This document shows, piece after piece, positions 53,085 through 64,000 of a stretch of 64,000 nt of DNA. Each line of letters starts with the position of its first letter. Position 1 is the stretch's first letter. Source of the stretch: Octopus vulgaris (lineage: Eukaryota); contig OX597830.1 in assembly GCA_951406725.2 (NCBI GenBank), forward strand, positions 26,660,001 through 26,724,000, in the 5' to 3' direction. The notes below the pieces were generated by a model, which saw nothing but the letters and a program-made list of their open reading frames with translations, made no database searches and had not been told where the DNA came from. The position numbers and the translations under genes were made by a program.

Positions 53085-54232
53085 CTAGCAGTATCGCCCG
53101 GCGTTGCTCGGGTTTGTAAGGGAAATAACTATATAAGCATTTTTAGAGATGTAAAGTATAATAGCCATCTCAATATGGCTAACCACAAAGGAGGGGGGTG
53201 TTACTGTAGCTTTTTACGTTGAGATTTAATAAATTTTTAGAGAGTTACTTCCCTTATATATACCAAAAATGCATTAAAAATGGGAAAAATTGATGGTAAT
53301 TTTTTTTTAAATCGTAGACGCGCGCTATTACCCAGAAGGGCTCGATATGAATCACGACTATAAGATACCCGGTTTTGGTTAAACTGCACCGCAAAATGTG
53401 GGAGTAGTTAGGAATCTAAATCGTAGGAGACAGACAGCACACAACCTCACTTTTATATATAAAGACTAGCAGTATCGCCCGGCGTTGCTCGGGTTTATAA
53501 GGGAAATAACTATATAAGCATTTTTAGAGATGTAAAGTATAATAGCCATCTCAATATGGCTAACCACAAAGGGGGGTGGCGTTACTGTAGCTTTTTACGT
53601 TCTGAGATTTAATAAATTTTTAGAGTTACTTCCCTTATATATGCCAAAAATGCATTAAAATGGGAAAAATTGATGGTAATTTTTTTTTTTAATCGTAGAC
53701 TCATCGTAGACGCGCGCTAATACCCAGAAGGGCTCGATATGAATCACGACTATAAGATACCCGGTTTTGGTTAAACTGCACCGCAAAATGTGGGAGTAAG
53801 GAATCTAAATCGTAGGAGACAGACAGCACGCAACCTCACTTTTATATATAAAGACTAGCAGTATCGCCCGGTGTTGCTCGGGTTTGTAAGGGAAATAACT
53901 ATATAAGCATTTTTAGAGATGTAAAGTATAAAAGCCATCTCAATATGGCTAACCAGAAAGGGGGGTGTTACTGTAGCTTTTTACGTTCTGAGATTTAATA
54001 ATGAATTTTTAGAGTTACTTCCCTTATATATGCCAAAAATGCATTAAAATGGGAAAAACTGATGGTAAATTTTTGTTTAAATCGTAGACGCGCGCTAATA
54101 CCCAGAAGGGCTCAATATGAATCACGACTATAAGATACCCGGTTTTGGTTAAACTGCACCGCAAAATGTAGTAGTTAGGAATCTAAATCGTAGGAGACAG
54201 ACAGCACACAACCTCTCTTTTATATATAAAGA
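53085..54232 (-). mobile_element. Head-to-tail Helitron trimer (~380-390-bp units at 53085, 53466, 53855)
   Basis: Exact junctions aaaga|ctagcagtatcgcccgg. Inserted at A^T; the empty site ttttta^tgaac is preserved in the other host unit (~55391-55402). Confidence 0.85.
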
Positions 54233-54819
54233 TGAACGCCATCAATTACTCTCTTTCTCTCTCACTTTGTGTTTCCCGTGAAACTCTCTGCCTCCTTCTT
54301 CCACTTTTCTGTATCTTTTTTTCTTTTTGTTAGATGCCGTCCAAAAGCAATGGCTAAAAATAGATTTTCATGAACGCCGTCGTTTACTCTGCCTGTCCCT
54401 CTCTCACTTTGTCTTTCCCGTGAAACTCTATGCCTCCTTCTTCCACTTTTCTTTATCTTATTTTTTTTGTTAGACGCTGTCAAAAAGTAATGGTCGATAT
54501 TTTTTGTGGCTAAAAGCTATGTCTGAAAATAGATATTTGCGCTATCCACGGGTGCCTCGGGGAAAAATAAAGTTGACAAAACCCAGATAGGATGTTGACA
54601 AATGTCCTCCTAAAATTTGAGCAACATGCGTGCAAATTTGTGGACGTGCATAAATTACAATCACGCACGCACACATCCTCCCCTTTATAGATATGACTAG
54701 CAGTATAACCCGGCCTTGCCCGGGATTAAGTTGCGATTATTAAGCTAATCAAGTTCTTTATTTCAAACCAAACTAAGTAATATAGACGTCAAATTTGAGC
54801 GAAATCCGTTGAAATTAGT

Positions 54820-54855
<36 letters not shown>

Positions 54856-55448
54856 ATATAAATATATATAGGCAACAGACACGAACACACATAGACACAC
54901 GTACGTACGTACACCTATTGCATGTTTTGTGCACGCATACATGTTCATGAACAGAAATGAATGGAAAAAATGTTAAATTTGTAGATTAAAACTCGCACAA
55001 TTTTCACTAAGAAAAAATCGTTTTTTTTTTGGCATGGAATCAACTACTCTGGCCTCAAAACCCTTTTTGTGGTCCGTGAAACGGAGTGGGGTGTGGTGGA
55101 AGCCTCGCAAATTGTACCCATTTATATTGTGTAATTCACTGACATATTGTTACTCACCTCGTTTCTTTGTTGTTCAATAAATGGATTGTCAACAAAACAC
55201 TTTTTTACTCGGCGTAAAATAAAAACAAAACTCTTTCAGACCCAAAGTAATGTGTGTGAGAGAGAGAGGGGGGAGAAAAATGAACGATTTAAAATAAATA
55301 TATTGTAATTGTTGTGAGAGAAAGTATATATACTATGATTATAAAATATAGTGTCTTTCAAAAACAAAAAACAAAACATTTTACATTCTATTTTTTATGA
55401 ACATCATATTTTACTCTCTCTCAGTCCTTATCTCACTTTGGCTTTCCC

Positions 55449-55677
55449 GTGCCGATGGCACGTAAAAAGCACCATCCAAGTGTGGCCGTTCGCCAGCCTC
55501 GTCTGGCACATAAAAAGCACCCACTACACTCACGGAGTGGTTGGCGTTAGGAAGGGCATCCAGCTGTAGAAACACTTCCAGATCTGACTGGCCTGGTGCA
55601 GCCTTCGGGCTTCCCAGACCCCAGTTGAACCGTCCAACCCATGCTAGTTTGGAAAGCAGACGTTAAATGATGATGAT
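55449..55677 (+). mobile_element. RTE-related SINE/non-autonomous element
   Basis: gtggttggcgttaggaagggcatccagctgtagaaac...gacgttaaa followed by a (TGA)n tail. Confidence 0.6.
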
Positions 55678-56492
55678 CATGTGAAACTCTCTACCTCCTT
55701 CTTCCACTTTTCTTTATCATATTTTGTTTTGTTAGACGCCATCAAAAAGTAATGGCTGATATTTGTTATGGTTAAAAGCTATGGTTGAAAATAGCTTTTT
55801 ACCCTATCCACGGGTGCCTCGGGGAAAAAAATAAGTTGACAAAACCCAGATAGGATGTTGGCAAATGTCCTCCTAAAATTTGAGCGACATGCATGCTAAT
55901 TTGTGGATGTGCATAAATTACAATCACGTACAAACACATCCTGCCTTTTATAGATATGATAAACGTGTGAAGGAACGTGGCTTAGTGGTTAGAGCATTCA
56001 GCTCATGATCGTAAGGTCAAGAGTTCAATTCCCAACGACGCGTTGTGTCCTTGAGCAAGACACTTTATTTCACGTACCTCCAGTCCATTCAGCAGGCAAA
56101 AATGAGTTATATCTGTATTTCAAAGGGCCAGCCCTGTCACACTGAATCTCCCTGAGAACTATGTTAAGGGTACACATGTTTGTAGAGTGCTTAACCACTT
56201 GCACGTTAATTTCACGAGCAAGGTGTTCCATTGATATCAGCTGGGATCCTCGTCGTCGTAACTGACGGAGTGCCATTTTTTAAAAAAATATAATGTACAT
56301 ATATATATATGTAGAGGTGCAGGAGTGGCTGTGTGGTAAGTAGCTTGCTTACCAACCACATGATTTCGGGTTGTCCCACTGTGTGGCACCTTGGGCAAGT
56401 GTCTACTATAGCCTCTGGCCAACCAAAGCCTTGTGAGTGGATTTGGTAGACGAAAACTGAAAGAAGCCTGTCGTATATATGTATATACATAC

Positions 56493-56523
<31 letters not shown>

Positions 56524-57128
56524 CATACGTTTGTGTCTGTGTTTGTCCCCCAACATCGCTTGACAACCAATGCTGGTGTTTACATCCCTATAACTTAGTG
56601 GTTCGGCAAAAGAGACCGATAGAATAAATACTAGGCTTACAAAGAATAAGTCCTGGGGTCAATTTCTTCGACTAAAGGCGGTGCTTCAGCATGGCCACAG
56701 TCAAATGACTGAAACAAGTAAAAGAGAGTATGTATTAACTTACATGTTTACGTGTGTATACATAAGTGGATATATTTTCACTAGCCAGCCCCAAACTCAA
56801 CTCGTCCTGTCGAAAGACCCTTGTCCTGACGTCCTGGTTTTGTTTTTATCCTTACCATTATTGTTTTTACGTATTTGTATTTTTATTCGTGTACATCGTC
56901 TGTTTTCCGTCCTTGTGTTGTATACTTTCGAGGCTTTCTTCCAAGGGATCTAATGCGCTTGGCTTAGATTTCCCTTAGGGGCTGCCCAGATCGGAGCAAT
57001 CTCAAGATTAATCAGTCGAAATTGCAAAGATGATCCAGTTCTTGACTGATGATTGAGGGCTTCGAATGTCCTGTCCTGTGTTTCTTGAGTTGATTTCTAG
57101 GTGTTTCACGTTCTTGTCCCAGTTTGTA

Positions 57129-57170
<42 letters not shown>

Positions 57171-57448
57171 ATATATATATATATATGTATATATATACAC
57201 ATACATAGAGAGATTAAATAGAGTCTGATATGGACAAACTGCTTTTGCTGTGTAAAGATGACGTGTAGCAAAGGCAAATGAATTGCAAGGAGGAAGAGTA
57301 AGAGAAAAGAGGTAAAGATGAAGAATAACTCATAAAGCTAGAGAGGAGGGGGGGGGGGGAAATTGAAGTCAGAGGTCGGCTAAAAATTATGTATATATTC
57401 ATGAAAGTGACCAAGGAAAAGACTCATTTCACTGAAGCTTTTTTAACT

Positions 57449-57630
57449 TACATTATTTACATTCGATGGATATTTGTCCTCATCTTGTTTGTTGTTAACA
57501 CGTTTTTGTTGATATGCCCTCCAGCCTTTTTCAGGTGTCTTGGGGAAACGTGCTAACAACTAACAAGATGAGGATAAATATCCATCGAATGTAAATAATG
57601 TACATAATTTCTCATCTCTTAAATATAGAA
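57449..57630. mobile_element. Penelope pLTR-derived inverted repeat with a degenerate hammerhead
   Basis: acattatttacattcgatggatatttgtcctcatcttgtt (57450-57490) is the inverse of 57563-57601; the spacer reads ctgaaaaaggctggagggcatatcaac on the - strand. Confidence 0.6.
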
Positions 57631-58813
57631 CTTTTTTAACTTGTTCTCATTCTCCAGAGGTTACAAGCTTAATTAGTTTAAAGTATGGTTGTCATAGGCA
57701 CAGGAGTGGCTGTGTAGTAAGTAGCTTGTTTACCAACCACATGGTTCTGGGTTCATTCCCAGTGCATGGCACCTTAGACAAGTGTCTTCTACTATAGCCT
57801 TGGGCCGGCCAAAGCCTTGTGAGTGGATTTGGTAGACGGAAACTGAAAGAAGCCCATCGAATATATATATGTATGTGTGTGTATGTGTGTCTGTATGTTT
57901 GTGCATCTGTTTGTCCCCCCAACATCACTTGACGACCAATGGTGGTGTGTTTGTGTCCCCGTAACGTAGCAGTTCGGCAAAAGAGACCGATAGAATAAGT
58001 GCTAGGCTTACAAAGAATAAGTCCTGGGGGCCGATTTTCTCGACTAAAGGCGGTGTTCCAGCATGACTGCAACAAGTAAAAGAGTATCTTCAATATCTGT
58101 GGATAAGGTGCCAGCGAAAGCTTATAGTAAATTGCTGAAGACTGCAGAGAGAGTTTGATTAGAAGGTTACTGACAAAGTCGAAAGAGCAGCAAAGATTGT
58201 CTGGTTCATGAAATTTGGGAATGAAATAGATGTTTGTAGCTGAGAGTTTTGTTACAATAAAGGTTTGCAGCAGAGAAGAGAAACAAGGAAGAAGAAAAAA
58301 ACCACAACAAATGCAATGAATTAAAAACTTTATATAATTTATACATTGATACAGATGTGTTGCAGGTGTGAGAAATTTGGAAGCTAGATTAACTGATTAA
58401 TTGTACTTAATTAATTTGATAATTAAACCATGAGAAGGGCAAGAACGAGAGTTATTTCAATGATTAACTTCAGAAAAGAGATTGAAGTGATATGTCATGA
58501 CACTTAATTGGTCTCCAAATAGTATCGTATGGATAGGGGTGGGGGAGGTTTGCTTTTGTTTTTAAAAAATGATGATAAAGGCTGAGAATAGCAGGAAATG
58601 ACAAACGACAAATGGTTTGGTGACTTAGTTTTAAACAAATGAATTTAACCTTTAGCATGCTGTAGATGCAGCATGTCACCGTATGAGTGTACTCCCCTCC
58701 CAAAGTGACAACACACATACAGCTTACAAGGGAGACAACTCATATGGCACAATGATGTCCTTAAGCATGCTAAAGGTCCATCTTCTCACTTTTGTGTGTT
58801 TTTGATTGAATTA

Positions 58814-58947
58814 TTAACAAACTTCCGTGTCTAACACTTTGTTCTTTAAGTCAATAATATTGGATAACTTAGAAGAATTCTCTTCAGTTTCAATAACTTT
58901 AAAGACTCCAGCTACTTCTTTGCAGGTTTCATTTGGTTTCTTGTGGC
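58814..58947 (-). CDS. HELLS: Last coding exon of HELLS-like gene
   Basis: tttttttcag|GC on the - strand, in frame with the previous exon. GHKKPNETCKEVAGVFKVIETEENSSKLSNIIDLKNKVLDTEVC*; GVFKVIE resembles the HELLS terminal GxFKxxE motif. Confidence 0.8.
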
Positions 58948-59661
58948 CTGAAAAAAAGAAGAGAAATTTAATACTTTTTAAAAATTTAAATTAGATTAAA
59001 TTAAAGAAATAACAGATAAATCGACAGGGACAAGAGATATGTTAAGAACAGACATTGGAAAATCAGTAGAGCGTTGGGTAAATTGATCCTGTTGATCCCA
59101 ATGAACAACTGGTACTTATTTTATTGACCACAAAAGGATGAAGGCTAAGTCAACCTCGGCAGAATTTGAACTCAACATACAAAAATAATAATAATCTGTA
59201 AACTACAATATAAACTTCTAGCATGCGGAACCTGTAATCAAGATGGTAAAAACTTGACTCAATGTATGATCAAATCCATTACATCCATGACCACCACTTC
59301 TATATAACAGACAGTGTTTGTGATTATATAAAGTATCAACATCCAAGACACGCATTCTCCAGATTACCAGATTTCCATTATGAGCAATGCTAACCCCATC
59401 GAGAAAACACACACAAAATAGCTTTTCTATGGTCACCAAACTCCCTAGAAACAGCAGCTAAATCCTTCAAAAAAGAATAGACAATGTTTAATGCAATTCT
59501 AGATACACACACACCATGTCTAAAAAGTAAATCCTAGTGATTAGGATTAGACTTTGATCATAGGTCTACTGGATTAGTAATGACCTGGAGTTAAACAGCA
59601 TCACTGTCATCATCATAATCATGAACATCAGAATGAATGTGAAGAGCAACAAACAACAAAC

Positions 59662-59856
59662 CTGTCTTCTTCTGTTTGTCAAGGAAGTCCGATCGGTCTA
59701 ATAACTTCTGTAGATCTGCTTTACTGATCACGCTCGAACTGTTCTTCCCTTCATAGATTTCTTCATGTTCTGAAGACTGCAGAAGTTCTTTTAACTCTTG
59801 GGGACTAATTGCTGATAAACTGGTGCTGAAATTCTTTATACCACTCTTAAATTTCC
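59662..59856 (-). CDS. HELLS: Penultimate coding exon of lymphoid-specific helicase (SNF2 family, LSH/DDM1-like)
   Basis: ttttag|GG...ACAG|gtttgt on the - strand, 195 nt, phase 1-1. GKFKSGIKNFSTSLSAISPQELKELLQSSEHEEIYEGKNSSSVISKADLQKLLDRSDFLDKQKKT matches the recalled HELLS C-terminal motifs (PxELxELL; VISxxDLxxLLDRSD). Confidence 0.85.
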
Positions 59857-62222
59857 CTAAAATATAATAACAGAAAATAAATATACTAAGTATACTGTTC
59901 ATGCAAATCAAACATTTAATATCAATAATAATACTAATATAAAAATTTTATTTCGTAATGATAAAAAAACCCCCCAAGGCTCTCTTTTACTCTTTTACTT
60001 GTTTCAGTCATTTGACTGCGGCCATGCTGGAGCACCGCCTTTAGATGCGTAGATTTTAGAACATTTATAGATAGGTCTTACAGCTGTTTCCAGGATACTT
60101 ATTATATCCCTTCATTGGAGACGATGTGAGAGGATGATTAAGAAATAGTTAATTTAGATAGGATACAAAATAGAGAGTGAGGTGGAGGAAATAAAAGAAA
60201 ATAGATGTGAGATATGTAGGGATATTTTTAGACAGGATGGTGTACATATAATATTCCAAGATTTTATGAGTAAAATCCAATAGAATTTAAAATTGGTCAT
60301 TCAAGTATAGAGTTTATACACGGTGTTATTGAATCCAGGGTTGTGATCAAATGTTCTAAAATCTACACAGCCATGGTTTTTTTATCCCATTACGAAATAA
60401 AATTTTTATATACACATGCAGACATATGACCAACGTTGAACCCCTTATTCGCATAATCACCGAACCTGGAACTTAACTGCGGTCCATCTATAGCACTTAT
60501 TCAGCATTACCTGACACCTTTGGGTCTCAATAACACCATTACCTCTCATAATAACACTAATATATATATACTGAAATATACCTTAGGAATATTTACTTAT
60601 TCTCAATATTTCGGGTTAAATATCCCTATTCAAATGTGTATTAAAAAAAAAAGTCCATTCTAATAGTAACAAACAACATTCCTAATAGAAACAAAAGGCC
60701 AGAAATTTGGGGGAAATTTAGTTAACCCCAGTATTTGACTGGTATTTCAGTTTTATCAACATTGAAAGGATACCAGTTGAAGTTGGCCCCAACAGGATTT
60801 CAACTGAGAATGTGTAAGGAGTGGGAAGAAAGTCATTCAAACGATTCTCTCAACCGTCAGATCTTTGTAATATTAACAATAATTCTTTGTACTATAGGCA
60901 CAAGGCCCAAAATATTAAGAGATGGAGCTAATTGATTACATCAAACCCAGTACACAACTGATAATTTATCGACCCTGAAAGGATGAAAGGCAAAACTGAC
61001 TCTGGCAGCATTTGAACTCAGAACATAAAGACAGACAAAATGCTGATGCTTTTCTACACAAGGCTCGAAATTTTAGGGGAAGGAGCTAGTTGATTAGGTC
61101 GATCCCAGTACGCAGCGGTACTTAATTTATCGACCCTGAAAAGAGGAAAGGCAAAGTCAACCTCAGTGGAATTTGAACTCAGAACAAAAAGACAGACAAA
61201 ATACCACTAAGCATTTCGCCAGGTGTGCTAACATTTCTGCCAGCTCGATGCCTTGCTAATAATACTGCCATATAAACACCCTTAATAATAATGATGATGA
61301 TGATGATGATGATGACGATTTTTTGAACTTTGACACATGCTCTGTGTTTCTTTCAACTAATTTAAAATGTAACAAAGAATTTAGTAAAATAACTTAGTTA
61401 TCATTAAGCTAGTGTCAGGGACATAAATTGTGACTAAGATTTGAAAACAAGACATTTGTACTACAGAGCCAGAAGTGATTTGAACTGGTTTGGTATCAAA
61501 AGGGTTAAAAGGACATTGTAGGGCTGTGGTTGGAAGCCAGAACTGGCTGGTTTCAACACAGAACAGGTTAAATATTTTGACCTGGATATGGCCAGTTTGA
61601 ATGGTAAAGGGTTAAAACAGGATGTGTCATAGAACCAGGTGTGATCTCAGGCAAGTTGGTATCAAAAGGATTAAAACTATGGTGGTGATGACGATGATGA
61701 TGTTGAGGAGGAGGATGTAGAGAAAACAGTTTGATACAGTAGAATGCAGTGAGCTGGCAGAAACGTTAGCGCGCCAGGCAAAATGCTTAGCGGTATTTTG
61801 TCTGCTGCTACGTTTTGAGTTCAAATTCCACCAAAGTCAACTTTGCCTTTCATCCTTTCAGGGTCGATTAAATAAGTACCAGTTACGCACTGATGTCGAT
61901 ATAATCGACTTAATCCGTTCGTCTGTTCTTGTTTGTCCCCTCTGTGTGTAGCCCCTTGTAGGCAGTAAAGAAATAAGAATATGTTGTTTGAACTTTGGTG
62001 AAGGGGGTGGGGAACAACCTACATAAAAACACAGACATTACCCTACTAAAAAAAATTGCTTCTTAACATGAAACACTGCTTGTTTAATTAACGTGGAAAA
62101 CAAATCTATAAATATTGCATGTTAACAACTAATAATTATTTATTTATTTATTACTTATTGCAAAATTGATTAAGAAGATACACTGCATGCAAGATACAGC
62201 CTTATATTGTATTGAACATATA

Positions 62223-63021
62223 CAGGGTGATTAAAAAGTCGCCATACAAAGGAACAATTTATCTTTTTATAAGAAACGGTTTATAAAAATAGTTTTTTTT
62301 ATCTAACAGCGCAGGAGTGGCTGTGTGGTAAGTAGCTTTCTAACCAACCACATGGTTCCGGGTTCAGTCCCACTGCGTGGCATCTTGGGCAAGTGTCTTC
62401 TGCTATAGCCCCGGGCCGACCAATCAATGCCTTGTGAGTGGATTTGGTAGACGGAAACTGAAAGAAGCCTGTCGTATATATATATATATATGTATATGTG
62501 TGTGTGTATGTGTTTGTGTGTCTGTGTTTGGCCCCCTAGCATTGTTTGACAAACCGATGCTGGTGTGTTTACGTCCCCCGTTACTTAGCGGTTCGGCAAA
62601 AAAGACCGGTAGAATAAGTACTGGGCTTACAAAAGAATAAGTCCCGGGGTCGATTTGCTCGACTAAAGGCGGTGCTCCAGCATGGCCGCAGCCAAATGAC
62701 TGAAACAATTAAAAAGAGAAATAGAGTAAAGAGTCTCTATATGGTTACCATTGTTTTGAATACACATTGCAATACGTTAACCCCACTCACTCTGAAAACT
62801 CATAATAGCACATCAGGTGATACGTGTGCAAAGGAGTTGGTGATGCGTTCCTTCAAATGATTTATGTCTTTTATCGTTCCACGATACACCGTGCCTTTCA
62901 AATGCCCCCAAAGATAGAAATTAAGAGGGGTCAGATCAAGGGATCAGGGTATCTTATAAACAGTTTTTATAAAAAAAAAAAAAAATTTTTTCCTATGTAT
63001 GGAGACTTTTGAATCACCCTG
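62223..63021 (-). mobile_element. Internally deleted Tc1/mariner element with a nested SINE C, in a HELLS intron
   Basis: TIRs TA|cagggtgattaaaaagtcgccataca and tgtatggagacttttgaatcaccctg|TA. The - strand residue DLTPLNFYLWGHLKGTVY..DINHLKERIT lies at ~62820-62940. Confidence 0.8.
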
Positions 63022-64000
63022 TATATTGTTTATGTAGAATACAAGGATGTATTTATTGCAACATGCTTGACCTGTTTAAAATATCACAATTGGTACTGGT
63101 GGAATTTATTATCACATTTTTAGGGGTTAGTTCAGTTTAATCTCATCTATATTTATCATAATATTGATTAATGTTACGTTTTGTTACCATACACAGGTAT
63201 ATATATATATATTGTATTGGTTAGCTTACACATCTTAGTGTTGGCAACTGGAGTCAATACTTCAGTGATCCAATGTATATTGGGTAACCATGACAAGAGT
63301 TGTATGTTTTGTCCAGTCCAAGAACTGAGAGAATAGTCATTTATATGAACTAATACTTGGACTGATACTTTATTTTATCAACCCCACAAAGATGAATGAC
63401 AAAGTTGACCACGGCAGGGTTTGAACTCTTAAATTGAATTAAACTTAAAACAAATACTTCTTTCTAATCATAGCACAAGGACAGTAATTTGAAGGAGAGG
63501 AGGATAGTGAATAGATCGACCAGAGTACTTGACTGGTGCATTATTTTATCAAACCCAATAGGATGTAAAGCTAACTCAGTGGCATCTGAACTCAGAATGC
63601 AGAACCAGAAAAAATGCTGCCAAGCATTTTGACCAGCATCATAATGATCCTGCCAGCAGCCATGAGTTTATAATTAATAATACAAGTTTAACCTTTTAAT
63701 GTTCAGATTAATCTGCCAAATTCAATGCTTATATATTCACATTGTTTTGAATTAATCATGGATTATCTCACAGCTTTGGGATTTCAATAGTGTGAATGTT
63801 TATTCTTAGAGTAGGTGTGAGAAGCCAGATCTGTCCAGTTTAAACATGAAACAAGTAGAATATATGGGCTGGACACGGCTGGTTTAAAATGTGTGTTGTC
63901 TAGTATCTGGTAAGCCTACATTATATTCTTTACATCGATCATGCCAACACTGCTGGAAATGAAGAAAAGATTGAAAACCCCTGGCCAAAAGACAGGGCTC

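Larger units (their letters stand above)
51604..55959 (-). mobile_element. Head-to-tail Helitron dimer (51604-54696, 54697-55959) carrying nested insertions
   Basis: Both units begin ctagcagtataacccgg and end tttatagatatga on the + strand. The junction reads CTAG|TC on the - strand. Confidence 0.8.

Noticed and set aside
53085-54232. CRISPR-like or satellite array
   Set aside because: The units are whole Helitrons with no unique spacers, in a eukaryotic context.
59857-64000. Further upstream HELLS exons (helicase motif VI region)
   Set aside because: None were recognised by eye. The region appears intronic, and the exons probably lie beyond the window.

Overview
AT-rich, repeat-dominated animal genomic DNA. 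The SINE, Penelope and microsatellite content strongly suggests an octopus or similar cephalopod (inference). Most ORF-track entries are microsatellite or SINE artefacts. Reading splice sites by hand recovers three real genes that the ORF track largely misses. (1) The 3' part of a + strand PAN/Apple-domain gene (exons 897-1127, possibly 5582-5674, and 9731-9927). (2) An apparently complete tandem paralogue on the + strand (20258-38704) encoding a ~263-272 aa secreted protein with a signal peptide and three PAN/Apple modules, all introns phase 1, including a tandemly duplicated 27-nt microexon. (3) The last two coding exons of a HELLS/LSH-like SNF2 helicase on the - strand (59662-59856, 58814-58947). 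The rest is three tRNA-type SINE families, non-autonomous Helitrons (including a nested head-to-tail trimer inside a dimer), Penelope-like remnants with hammerhead-ribozyme motifs, a HERO-like RT-RLE retrotransposon, RTE, R4/Dong and Gypsy fragments, and Tc1/mariner/Tigger elements. All calls come from reading the sequence by eye; no searches were run.
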